In this document: positions 40,019-53,181 of the stretch, piece after piece
Position numbering within the stretch: the first letter of the stretch is position 1
Layout: the number at the start of each line of letters is the position of its first letter
From: Camelus ferus
Lineage: Eukaryota
Reading direction: 5' to 3'
Assembly (NCBI RefSeq): GCF_009834535.1
Contig: NC_045696.1
Location: forward strand, 57,042,001-57,106,000
Length of the DNA: 64,000 bases
Program-made: the position numbers and the translations under genes
The notes under the pieces: generated by a model
Databases searched by the model: none
The model's input: only the letters and a program-made list of their open reading frames with translations
What the model was told of the DNA's origin: nothing

Positions 40019-40208
40019 CAAAACAAAACAAAACAGGATACACTAAATTTGAATTTCAGGGAAACAATGAACATTTTTAGTATCAATATATCCCAAATAT
40101 TGCATGGGAAGTACAGTAAAAAAAAAACCAAATAAACAAAACCTACTATTTATTGTTTATTTTAAATTCAGATTTAAATGGATATCTTGTATTTTTATTT
40201 GTCAACTG
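39970..40208. mobile_element. MER53-like palindromic hAT MITE
   Basis: taaatttgaatttcag ... tcccaaatattgcatggga ... aaattcagatttaaatggatatcttgtatttttatttg matches the MER53 layout as remembered. Confidence 0.8.
39990..40034. repeat. (AAAAC)9 microsatellite
   Basis: Read directly. Confidence 0.95.
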
Positions 40209-40523
40209 TGATTGGGATGGTAGCAGTAGAGAAGTAAAAAGTGGTCAGCTTCTGCATATATTTTAAAGGTAGCACCAATTACATTTGATAACTGATTGGA
40301 TGTAAGGTTTGAGAAAAGGGTATTAGTCAAGGATGATTTTAATGTTTTTTAACTGAATAACTGGAAAAATAAGAGTTGCTAGCAGTTGGAATAGAGAAGT
40401 CTGCAGGCAGAGCAAATTTAGAGGGAAATAGCAGAATTCAGGTTTTGGATATGTTGAACTCTTAAGCTGGGTGGTAGATTAATGGTCATGGTTGATACAA
40501 TTATTTTTTCTCCTTTTCTCTAG

Positions 40524-40649
40524 TGTTAAGACACGACCAATGCGGATGCCTCCAGGGTATCAAGCAGAACTTGTTATTCAGTTGGTATGGGTGGATGGTG
40601 AACCTCCACAACAGATTACTAGCCTTGCTGTAAGCTCAGCATATGGAAT
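40524..40649 (+). CDS. STXBP5L: STXBP5L coding exon H, 126 nt
   Basis: tctctag| ... |gtaagt; encodes (N)VKTRPMRMPPGYQAELVIQLVWVDGEPPQQITSLAVSSAYG(I). Confidence 0.97.
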
Positions 40650-41209
40650 GTAAGTAGCTAAATGTTCTTTCTTCTTTGTGTTATTTATCTAATATGTTTG
40701 ATATATTTAAATGTTTCCTTTAAAATACTTAAGTGAAATTCTATAAATGGAAAGAAGTCCTTACCTAGATTTTTATTAGATTGAAAATGGTATAAGAAAA
40801 ATAATAATTTTAATATAAACTGTGGTTATGTTCTTTCTTTAAAAAAAAAAAACACCTTTATTGTGGTATAATTCCTGTACAGTGTGCAGATGTTGGCTTG
40901 CCAACAAACAGGGTGGAGAGAGCTCATCATTGGTGGCTGCTGCCTTGCTGCACTCATATATAAACACTTTATTTTGTGTGTATATATATATACATATATA
41001 TGAACAGTATAGAGATAATTTGACATTCTAAATGATGTTATCATCCTCCAAAAAGTATTTTCATTTCCTCTGACAGTCTAAGCTAAGAGGCAGTAGAAGG
41101 CTCAGAACAGCATAATCCAACCAGACATCCTATCTTTGAAAGTTGGATTGTAATCCCTTTAAAAGCTAATTTAGTTCTAATTAATCCTTATTCCTAGATT
41201 GTAGCCCTG

Positions 41210-41910
41210 CATAGAAGTTGTACCAAATTATACTCCCACCAGCAATGTTTGAGAATACCTGATTCCCCACAACATTTCTAACAAATGTGTATAACCAAAC
41301 TTTTAATCCCTGTCATTTCGTTAAGTAAAAGAAAGTATGTTATTAAAATATTAACACTTTCCTTGTATCTTAAATGAAATTGTACATCTTTTTCTGTACT
41401 GTGACATTTCTGTTTATATTCTTTGTCCATTTTTTTTCAGAGTTGGTGTCTTTGTCTTGTAGATTTTGAAAAATGTTTACATAGTAGGGAAGTTAGCTTT
41501 CTCTGTGTTGTAACCTACAAATACTTTCCTTGCTTTTGTTTGCTTTATGACTTTGTTTAGGGTGGTTTTATCCATGCATACATTTTTAAAGTATTTTAAG
41601 TAATTCTATTTTTTTCTGCTTTTATAACTCGGGATTTTGTATCATACTTAGAAAAGCCTTTCTCACTTCAGTATAATGCAGAATATTGTCTTATATTTAT
41701 TGCTTCTTTAACATATTTAAGCCTTTATCTGGAGTTTATTTTGGTATGAGGTATGGAATAGAGATTAAACTTTCTTTCTTTCCTGATGACTAAGAGTCAT
41801 GCCAATACCACTTTCTGAATATTTCATCTTTCCCCTCTAAATTTGGAATCTTTTTTTAAATCAAATAATACATTATAAAAATATGTTTGACTCTATTTCT
41901 GTACTCTCCA
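41210..41910 (-). mobile_element. Old L1 fragment
   Basis: gttgtaccaaattatactcccaccagcaatg and onward is reverse complement of the ORF2 3' region. Confidence 0.7.
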
Positions 41911-42646
41911 GTCTGCCCCTAAGCTAAGTTTCACGATCTCCATGAGAACTACTTGAAGCCAGCTAAAAGGGGAACTACCTGAAAGAAAATATTGTGTTCC
42001 TGGAATTCTTGAGGGGCTGGAAGATATGTGTGAAAATGGATATTGGAAGCTTGCTTCTTGACTGAAAAATTCTTTGGTAGGAAAGCTAGCAGGAACAGCC
42101 CGTGATGGATGAGGAGAGGAAAGGAAGGGAGTGTGGGACAGCCGATAATCCCATTGTGTGATTTGGCAAGAATATATGCTTATCCTCTTGCCCAAGTAGT
42201 TACCATGGAAGATGGCTGAGCTCAAGCCATTTCAGGGTTCCCTGCTTGAGAGGTTGACCTAAGAAGGCAAAGGTATGCCAAAATTAAGGGCTGTGAAGGT
42301 ATATGGCCAGGTTCAGGAGCTGAGGTTGTTAGAATAAGTCAGTTAGAGAGCTTATTTCCCATGTAAAGTAACTGTAGGGGTGTTAGTCATTATAGAGCCT
42401 TGAAAGAAGCTGCACTTCTATGAGAAAGCTTGGACACTTGCCTCACAGACACCTTCAATTGCCAAAAAAAAAAAAAAAAAAAAAAAAAAACCCCAGTTCA
42501 AGTGGTTATCCATGTCAATTCCCCCAAAGTTTTAAGAAATAGGTAACATCAGTATTACACAGAATCTTTGAGAATTGTGAAAGTAGAAATCATATTTATC
42601 TCATTTTATGAGGCCAACATAACTTGATGTCAAAATTTGAAAAGGG

Positions 42647-45600
42647 ATTGAATCAAGATGGCAGAGTAGGAGGATGTGGAGCTCACTTCCTTCCACAAAC
42701 ATATCAAAATTATATCTACATGTGGGGCAAGTCTTGTGGGAAAACTAACTGAAACTGTCAAAGAACTCCTATATAACTAAAGCTGCAAGAAAGACTTCCA
42801 TGTAACTGGGTAGGGCAGAAAAAAGGCATAGGGTTAGGACCTCCACCACTGGGAGGGAACTGAAAAGATGAGGTCTGTGTGCATGGACCCTTGACCTGGG
42901 AAGTGAGCAAGTCAAGACACAGACTGGAAATCCCAGTCCTGGGTTCCCACATGGAGGAGACAAGCCTCCTTGGTTGCATGGAGAACTGCTGGGACAAAAA
43001 GAAGGGCTGGAGAAGCCTACACTCTATTTGTGAAGAGTGTGCAGATGTTGGCTAGCCAACAAACAGGTGGAGAGAGCTCAGCATTGGTGGCTGCTACCTC
43101 ACTGCACTCATCAATCCTAGCGGGACGAACACCACAACCCCACTCATTCCACATCACAGCTTGGATCTAGGCCAGCTGGGTCCTGGGAAAAGACTCAGTC
43201 TAGCTACACAGAGACAGCCCAGGGGTCTGGGGTATGGTTCAGGTACCACAGCAGCAACCACTGACACCACTTACTCAAGCACTGCTGGGAACCAGCAAGC
43301 CTCGGTCCCTGCTCCCAGCCTAGTGTTTGTTTTCATATTCTTTTTCATTATAAGTTACTACAAGCTATTGAATATAGTTCCCTGCACTATACATGAACTT
43401 GTTATTTATCTAAATAAGTTCCTTTGTTTCTGTTTTTTTTTAGATTCCATATATAAGTGATATTATATGGTATTTTTCTTTCTCTTTCTGGCTTATTTCA
43501 TTTAAATGATCTCTGTGACTGCACAGGCCTCATTTACTTCGGTACTCCCCAACTTTGGGGCCCAGCTTACACTCAAAGGGAACAGAAACTGAATGAGCAC
43601 AACACTCAGGGCTTTTACTCCAACAACTAAGGAGCAGACCTCACCCCAGAAAGGAAGGTAGCAGCCACAGAACAGAGAGGAAGTACTGCTTCACACCCTG
43701 AATAGGCTTTAGATTCTCACCCAATACAGGAGCACACAAATATATAAAACAAATACTGACATAAAGGGACTAAATGCTCTAATCAGAAGATACAGAGAGA
43801 AAAAAAATTGAACCTGCAGTATGCTACCTACAAGAAACTCACTTCAGAGCAAAAAACATACACAGACTGAAAGTGAGGGGCACCCAATACAGGAGCACCC
43901 AAATATATAAAACAAATACTAACTAACATAAAGGGAGAAACTGACAATAATACAATAATATTAGGAGACTTTTAACACCCCATTGACATCAATGGACAGA
44001 TCATCCAGACAGAAAATCAGTAAGGCAAAAGGGGTCCTAAATGACAAAATAAACCAGTTGGAATTAACTGATATCTACAGGACACTACATCCAGAAAATC
44101 CAGAATACACACATACTCTCTTCAAGTGCATATGGAACACCTGTCTAGGATAGACTACGTACTAAAACAAACCACTTGTCACGAAACAAGCCTCAACAAA
44201 TATAAGAGAATAGAAATTATATCAATCATCTTTTCTCACCACAACAGTATAAAACTAGAAATCAACTACAGGAAGAAAAATGAGAAAAGAACAAATATAT
44301 GGAGATAAAACAACATGATACCAAAAATAAACCAATGGATCAATGATGGAATCAAAGAAGAAATCAGAAAATACCTTAAGACAAATGAAAATGAAAATAC
44401 AACCTTAAAAAAATCTATGGAAAAATGAAAATACAACCTTAAAACAATCTATGGGATGCAGCAAAAGCAATTTTAAGAGAGAAGTTCATAGCAATACATA
44501 CCTTCATCAAGAAACAAGAAAAATCTCAAATAAACAACCTAATCTACCATTTAAAAGAATTAGACAAAAACAAAGCCCAGAGTCAGGAGAAAGAAGGAAG
44601 TTATATGTCAACAAATTGGACAACCTAGAAGAAATGGAAAAGTTCCTAGAAAACATATAGGCTGCCAGAACTCAATCAAGGAGAAACAGATAATTTGAAC
44701 AGATTGATCACTAGAAGTAAAATATAATCTATAATTAAAAAAAAAACCCTCCCTGCAGCAAAAGTCCAGTCATAAAACTCCTAGAAGAGAACACAGGTGA
44801 AACTTTCTTTGACATAAATTGTAGCAATATTTTCTTTGATTAGTCTCCCAAGGCAAAAGCATTCAAAGCAAAAATAAACAAATGGCACCTAATCAAACAT
44901 AAAAGCTTTTGCACAGCAAAGGAAACCATCAACAAAACAAAGACAACCTATGGAATGGGATAAAATATTTGCAAACTGTACAATCAATAAGTGTTTGTAT
45001 CCAAAATATACAAACAGCTCATACAACTCAATATAAAAAAAATCCAATTAGAAAAATGGGCAGAAGATTTAAACAGATATTTTTCCAAAGAAGACATACA
45101 GATGACTAACAGTCATATGAAAAGATGCTCAACATCATTAATCATTAGAGAAGTGCAAATCAAAACCACAGTGAGGTATCACTTCACACTGATCAGAATG
45201 GCTGTCATCAAAAAGTCTACAAATATTAAATGCTGGCAAGGATGTGGAGAAAAGAGAATTCTTATACACTGTTGGTGGTAATATAAATTGGTGCAGCCAC
45301 TATGGAAAACAGTATGAAGTTTCCTTAAAAAATTAAAAGAACTACTGTATGATCTGGCAATTTCCACTTTTGGATCTATATCCAGAAAATATGAAAACTC
45401 TTAATTTGTAAAAATACATGCACCCCAATGTTCATAGCAGCATTATTTACAATAGCCAAGACACAGAAGCGACCCAAGTGCCCATCAACAGACAATTAGC
45501 TTAAGATATATGTACCATGGACTATTACTCAGCCATAAAAAAGAATGATATATTGCCATCTGCAGCAACATGGATGGGCCTAGAGAATATTAAACTTAGC

Positions 45601-45970
45601 AACATAAGTCAGGCCATACAGTGAAAGACAAATACTATATGGTATCACTTTGTATGTGGAATCTAAAAAATAATACAAATGAATCTGTATATAAAACAGA
45701 AACAGACTCACAGGCATGGAAAACAAATGTACAGTTACCAAAGGTGGATGGAGGGACAAATTAGGAATACGGAAGTAACAAATACCACCATTATACATAA
45801 AATAGATAATCAGTAAGGTTTTACTGTATAGCACAGGGAGTTATACTCAATATCTTGTAATAGCCTATAATGGAATATATCTACTAAAAAACTGAATCAC
45901 TACACTGTACACTTGAAACTAACACAATATTGTAAATCAACTATTAAAATTTTAAAAATAAAAATAAAAA
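42647..45970 (+). mobile_element. Internally deleted and rearranged L1 retaining 5' UTR and 3' tail, TSD-flanked
   Basis: Starts near tcaagatggcagagtagg; ORF2p endonuclease (ORF 44126-44308) and C-terminal (ORF 44991-45281) remnants; A-rich tail; ttgaaaaggg at 42637-42646 and 45976-45985. Confidence 0.88.
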
Positions 45971-45985
45971 AAACCTTGAAAAGGG

Positions 45986-48065
45986 CATTACAAAAAGTAA
46001 AATTATAAATCCATATCATGCATGAACATAGAAAAATCCCAACCAAAATATAAATATAGCAATTAAAAATTACATACATAATTGTTTGGCTTGCACCCGG
46101 AATGCAAGTTTTGTTCAACGTTTGAAATGAATCAGTGTAAATCATAACATTATCAGGATAACATAGAAAAACCATACGACTAAGCCATTATATGCAAAAA
46201 GGAAAAACATTTTCTGAAATTCAACATCTATTCATGGTTTAAAAAGAAGCAACTAACTAAAACAAGGAGATTTCTTTAGTGTGACAGATGGCAGCAAATA
46301 TTATTCATACTTTAATGTTGAAATCTTTACCTCTGAGATAAAAACAAGACAAGGATGATTGCTATGACCACTTCTATTTTCATTGTACTGAGAAAGGAAA
46401 ATAAATCAGTCATATGGATTAGAAACAAAAGAAGTGGGGAAAAATCCATTTAGCAGATAAATTATTGGAATTACTAATTGAACTTAATAAGATTACTGGA
46501 TATAAAGTTCAAGTAAAAATAATTATATCTGTATATACTTACAAAACAAACTAAAATTGTATAAAGATTTCATCCAGTACAAAATAAAACTAATAAAAAA
46601 TCTAGGAATAAATCTAATAAAAGGCATTTAAGGCTTCTACACAGAAGACTATAAAACTTAAGATAAATTGAAGAACCTAAATCATAGTATGAAAAATTCA
46701 GCAATAGTGTAAAGATGTCAGTTTTTCACAAATTGATCTATTGATTTACCACAATACCAATATAAATTTCAGCAGATTTTTTTCCCTTGAAGTTTAAAGC
46801 TTGTTCTGATATGTATAGACAAATGCAAAAGGCCACAATTAGCTAAGACAGTATTAAAGAAAAAAGTTAGTAGACCCCTCTACTTAAAAACAAGACTTAT
46901 TAAATAAAGGTGTATTCGTTATGACTGTTTTTATTGGCATGGGATAGACAAATAGACCAATGAACAGAGTAAAGAACTCAGAAATAGATCCAAGCATATA
47001 TAGCCAAATTGGTTCTGCAAAGCAATGGAAGAAATGGCAGGTCCCCCCCAACCCATTAAACAATACAGAGTCAATTTAATAATTATATAGAAAAAAAGAA
47101 ATTTGTCTCTTCTCTTCCACTGTACACAAAGATTCTAGAAGATAGAAGAATATCTTCATAATATTTGGGTTAAGGAATTATTTCTTCAACAGTTCTCAAA
47201 AAGTATTAACCATAAAGGAAAATATTAAGAACTTCTTGGGAAAAAAATGACACCATTAAATGACTGAAATGTCAGGACAAGGAAGAGATATTTGAATTAA
47301 TTATATCTGACAATGTTCTCCTATCCCGGGTGTAAAAAGAATCAACAAGAAAAAGACAACTCAATAGAAAAAAATGCAGAAGGAATTTGAACAAATATGT
47401 CCCCAAAGAGGATATCTAAATGACAAATATATTTTCATATACATATATGAATGGTACACATCCCCATTAGTAATGTTAGTAGTGTTTGCAAACATATTGG
47501 GTGTCAAGAACTCTCAAACACTGCTAAGAGGGTAAACTGATGAATCCACTTTATAAAATTGTTAACTTTATTTACCTTATTTTAGCATACCTATGTATGC
47601 ATGCCCTACAACAAAAGTTTCATTTCTAGGTATATACCCAATGAAATGCAAGCACATATGCACCAAAGACAGTAGCATTATTTGAGATAGCATTATTGTA
47701 CTTGTAATAGTCCCGAACTACAAACAAATATCCATCAGAGTAGTCTGAATAAATAAATTATATTAATCTGATTGAATTCTACAGCCATGAAAATGAATGA
47801 ACTTCATTTACATGCACCAATGTATTAGAAAAAAGTGAAACATTTCTAAAAACAAGCAAAACTGATTTTTGATATAGGAAGTCAGATTTGGGGGGAGGAG
47901 AGAGGAATAATAATCAGGAGAAGTATGAGGCAGCTGCTGCTAACGTTCTATTTCTTGACCTAGTGGTAGTTATATGAGGTTGCACTTTGTGATAATTCAT
48001 TGAAGGGTACAATTAGGTACACTTTCATTTATGTATGTGATCTTTGAATAAAAGAGTAAAATATA
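45986..48065 (+). mobile_element. Very old L1 ORF2 to 3' end, continuing 42490-42646
   Basis: Joining 42646 to 45986 restores continuous ORF2-like DNA. Confidence 0.7.
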
Positions 48066-49689
48066 AAGAAAATGTTTCTAACTAATTGAATAATTTTATT
48101 TCTAGAAATTTTTCCCATAAATATACTCAGCATTTGAGTGCAAAATAATTTATAAAGGATATTCATTTTGTCGTTAGTAGCAAAAGACTAAAAGCAACCT
48201 AATTGTCGATAACAAAATTCTATGTAAATAAATTAGAGTACATACAAATATTGTGAAACCATTTAAAAAATTAGCTTCCTATGAGTTTTCATAAATAATT
48301 ACCAAAATATATAGTAAATTTTATAAAGTCAAGGTGCAGGATATTATTTCTACCATGCAAAATGTGTTTATCTGTAACATGTTATAAACACCCAAAATAT
48401 ATTTTTTAAATTTCTGTAAATTGTCAGGAAAAAATAACCCAATCAAAAAATAAAGTATATAAACAGATAATTTACAAAAGAAATACAAATGGCTAATAAA
48501 TATGAAAAGATTCTTAACTTCACCAGCAGTGAGGAAAAAGAAAGATGAAATAACAGAAAAGCTATTTTTGCTATTGGCAAATCGTTTTTTTTTATGTGGG
48601 GGGGGGTTGTTTGTTTTTTTGTGTTTTTTTGCTATAGGCAAAAAAAATTGGCTATGGGCAAATATTTAAAGATTGCTAATATTTTCTGTTACCAGTGTGA
48701 GAAAGTGGATTCTCACCTATATATCTATTTAATCTTTTAAAATAAAACTAAGCTTATGTTTTGACCCTGAAAACATAATCTTAGTGAAATTTTAATAATT
48801 TCTGGGTTCTCTCACTTATGCACAAAGTTTGCAGAAGGATGTTCCTTGCATAATTATATGGAATAACAAAATATTTAGAACCTATATAAAAGTCTATAAA
48901 TAGGAAGATACTTTGAAAAAAAAGTTTCTTTTGTACCATAGAATACAATGCAAAGGTTAAAGAACATAGCAAAAAAAATCTTAGACATATTTTAGTGAAA
49001 ATAAGAAAGTTATAGAACAGATATCTGCTTATTAAAACATGGAAGGTCAAAAAGGATATAAACAAAATTGTTAATGGAAGTAATCTGAAAAGGGGATTGG
49101 CATACAGTGGGTTGATTAAATGGAGCTTTCATTTTATATTTATTGTTTGAATCTTTAAAAGTAAGAATATTTTCAGAATTAAAAGAAGAAAACAGGACTG
49201 TGCATCTGAAAAGTACTTCCTTTGTGGTTTGGAGGTGTGAGTTGTTGAGAATCATCAGATACCAGAAATGGTTAGAAAAGCTTGGACCTTTGAAAATAAT
49301 CACTCCCTAGAATTCAGTGGGAAAAGACCATACCCTCATTCAGTTTTTATTCTAGTCAGGGTACTTAACTAATGGAGGTATGTAATATACTGTGACTTGA
49401 AAGTTATTTAAAAGAGTAAATATAGAAGTTGATAGAAGGCAGCAAAGTAACTGAGTGACAAAATGAGTGGAAAAAAGATGAGAAATCAAAGTCATTGAAG
49501 GAAACTAGTGGGAAGATTAAATGTAAATATTTCTTTTTTATTCCAAAGATAAAAGGAATTATGCTGAATTAGCTCTTCTATTGTTATCAGCTCTTCTTCC
49601 TCCCATAATTTCCAGAGGGTAGAGAACCATAGAACTTTGCCAGTTAGGCTTAGTGGAGAGCTCTGGTTTTTTGTTTGCTTTTACTTTAC

Positions 49690-49880
49690 TGAGATGATCT
49701 AGTATATAGAGCGTGACTGCTAGAGTCAGATTCTTTGGAACTCAAATCCTAGTTCTGTTTCTTTCTAGCTGTTGGATCTTAGAAAAGTTACTTAAGCTTT
49801 CTGTGCTCAGTTTGCTTATCCGTAAAATGACAATAAAATGTTGACAGGATTAGATGTATTAATACATGTAAAATATAATC
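49690..49880 (+). mobile_element. MIR SINE relic
   Basis: tcaaatcctagttctg...aagttacttaagctttctgtgctcagtttgcttatccgtaaaatg. Confidence 0.7.
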
Positions 49881-50785
49881 TCTTAGGCTCAGAGCAGGAT
49901 ACACATGACCTAGTCAAAAGAGAATAATTTGAGGAGTTTTTCATCAACAGATTATTTATCTAGGATGTAGAGAACAACATGGGATAATGTAGTACTCCAT
50001 GGCTAGAAAGAACAGTGCTTTATTAACACCTGTCAAAGAATAACTCGAAGACATAGTTAATTATTACCACATTATTTACTTGACTACAAAGTAAACCAAT
50101 AATAGATTGATGTTATCTAACAAATACAAAACAGAATTTATATATGAGAAAGGAAAAAGCAGAGAAAGGAAAATCACAGACATTTTCTAAATAATGAACT
50201 TTGTGTTTTCCTTTCATTATGTGAAGTGCTAATCAGCAGCTAGCAAGGAGACCTGTCAGGGTATTTGCTCTTAGACAGCTGTAGGAATCATCAACTGAAC
50301 CAATTGTAGTTGTGTATGGCTTCTCTAGAAGACCTTAGGTGTTTAATTTGTGGCCTGTATGTAAAAGACATTTTCTGTATTATGTTTGTTATCATTTGGG
50401 AATCCTTCCATTTGAAAAATGCCTTGTCTGTACCATTTTTCTTGTTAGAATTTCTCCTTTTGGTCAAACTCAGCCCTCCAAGTGGAGGGCCTCAGCCTCT
50501 TTACGAAGCAGATAATGCTGTTGAATAGTGTGCCCCAGGACAGTAGCTTTATCGCAACACCTAAGTACTTGGGTATCAGACATTCAAAGAAGGAGAAAAG
50601 CATAAGGACAATCACAATTATTAAAGAAATTTTAAAACTACTTGCTGTTCAGTATCTTACTTGGCCTAAGTCTAACCAAGAGAATAAGTCACCAGGATTA
50701 GTGAAATCAAGTTTACCTAACTGAGCAGCTCTATTTTCCCACTAATATTGATTGTTCTACTCTTTTGAGGAATTTACCAAAAGTC

Positions 50786-51332
50786 AACTGTTAAGTCAAA
50801 AACTGCAGGATCTGAGATTTTCCCCTCTTACAAGCTAGTTAATTAGTCTGCCACACTTTTGTGTATATATTGACAGAAAACAGGCATTGGTGTCAGAGAC
50901 AAAGATAGTTTATTGTTGACAGCAAAAATAGCAACTAGAGCAACATCTTGCATTAATTCCTGATTCTCAGTCCCAACAAAGCAACATGATGAGGAACAGA
51001 AAGTACCTGCATAGGCAGCGGTTTAACAAGAGAAGAACTCAAGTTTTAAAAACTCAGATCTGAAAATAGTTCTGCTGGTGGTCTGTCCATCCTCCCATCT
51101 GGAGAGAGAGATCTTATTTTTTACTCTGGAATGGAAGAAAATCTTCTCTGGGGGGAGAGAGAGAGAGGTCTTTATCTTTACACCCCTGGAATGTCTTCAG
51201 AGAGGGAGCTGCCTTGAAGCTTCACTATGCTGGGAGGTCTCCTTCTACATTCTTAACTTGGCTATAAGTGCCTTCACTAAAAACACCCCAAGGATTAATA
51301 GGGAAATATTCATGGAGAATGATCTACAAACA
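50786..51332 (-). mobile_element. ERVL-class solo LTR (MER54/73/74/88-like)
   Basis: Minus strand begins tgtttgtagatcattctccatg and ends cttgtaagaggggaaaatctcagatcc...ttttgac; family assignment from memory. Confidence 0.55.
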
Positions 51333-52690
51333 GCAATGTGATGTGGTACCTATTGTACATTGTTATTTATGAATAATTTACTCAATTTGGCTGTATTAGT
51401 CTGTGAGACCCGTAAAGCTTGAATTCTTTTACTTGCCATTTGAGTCTATGATGGGAGATGAATTATAGATCTCTCAATTTTTTTTTAGGAATTTTTTTGG
51501 CTAGAAGACAGATTCTTGTAAGAACCTTTGAAATCGAGGTTTTGGGGTATTTTGCCATATTGGGCTTTTAATAAAATGTGAGTAACTGAGAGTTTTTCTC
51601 TAAACTTGGAAAGATAAATTTAAGAGTTGAAAATTGGTCTAATTTCACTGTGTATTTCTTAAAAAGAAGAACATTCTTTTACATTATAAGCATAATACTT
51701 TTGTTAAAATCAAGAAATTCTACATATATTCAGTACTACTTTTTCCTCCACAGAGCATATTAAATTTCTACACTTGTTCCAGTAATGTCATTTTTATTAT
51801 ATTTTCCCAGAACAGAATCAAATTCAGCCTTCAGCCTCTTACCTTTAAGTTTTCACTTTTTTAATTTTCTTCAGTCTGGGACAGTTCTTCAGCATTTATT
51901 TATTTACCTTGATATTTTTCAGGGAGTACAGGCCAGTTATTTTATTTAATGTACCTCAATCTGAGTTTGTCTGATATTTCCTTATGATTAGAATCAAATT
52001 AAGCATTGTGGCAGGTATAGCACAGAAGGTGGTATCTTCTTTAGTTTATCATATCAAAAGGTACATGATCCTGGTTTATCCTAGCTTTAATCATGCTAAT
52101 TTTGATTGGTTAAGATGATGCCTACTAGGTTTCACCACTATAAAGTTTTTATTTTCCTTTGTAAATAGTAAATAATTTATAGATGTGAAATTATGTAAAC
52201 ACCTCTTTCATCAAAGTTTCACCCATTTGTTTTAGCATCCATTGGTGATTTTCTAACTCCATTATTTCCTCTATATTTATTCATTAGTGTTTTACTGGTT
52301 AGAGAGCATAGCTTCCTATCTTACTTGTTCATTTGTTTCTATCAGCGTGGAATCATGGATTTCTATTTTGTTCAGTGAGATAAGATCTATTATTATCATT
52401 TGTTATTGTGATGTTCTAATTGTCCCAGATTCAGCCCTATGGGACCCCATCAAGATGGCTTCTGTGTCCTTTTGATATGTTCCTATCATTCTTTGAGCAG
52501 GTTCTTGTTTTCTGGTGCTACATGACATTTCATGTTTATCTGATAGATTCCTTTCTCTAACCCTGGAATCAACTTTTTGCAGGGAACTCTGGTTCCTTTC
52601 ATTAGAGAATTAGAAACAAGTATTTGTATGTATATATATGTTTATATATACACATATACAAACACACACGTTCAAATATATGTATATATA

Positions 52691-52892
52691 CAGTTGACCC
52701 TTGAGCACATGAACTGCATGGGTCCTTATATGTCGAATTTTTTCAATAAATGCTATTATAGTGCACCATCTGTGGTTGGTTGAATTTGAGGATGCGGAAC
52801 CAGAGATATGGAGGGCCAACTATAAAGTTATACGGGAATTTCAGTGCAGAGGGTCAGTGCCCCTAACCTCCATGTTGTTCAAGGATCAACTG
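52691..52892. mobile_element. Tigger2/MER8-like MITE
   Basis: cagttgacccttgagca / tgttcaaggatcaactg inverted ends with TA duplication. Confidence 0.85.
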
Positions 52893-53181
52893 TATTTGTA
52901 AATATATATTTATATACATATATGGTATATGTATACACATTTGTATCAGATACTGTTTTCTAAATAATATTCTCTAATATATAAAAAATGTATGTATATG
53001 TGTAAATATGTGTGCATGAATGGGTGTCGAATCCTTTTATTGCTTAGAAGTCTACCAGTACATGAATAAGTCATAATTTGTTTATCCATTCTCCTGTTAA
53101 TACACATTTGGATTATTTCCATTTGGAGGCTCTTATGGGGGCTTCAGTGAACATTGTTGTACACATTTTGAGGGACTTGTA

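Larger units (their letters stand above)
39540..40460 (-). mobile_element. L2 LINE relic interrupted by MER53
   Basis: Purine-rich L2-like motifs (gtattccaggcagcaggagcagc...ggtcattgtaaggactttggcttttattc); boundaries approximate. Confidence 0.65.

Noticed and set aside
42464..42490. A27 run as a retrogene poly(A) tail
   Set aside because: Followed directly by L1 ORF2-like DNA at a naturally A-rich position; no TSD seen.
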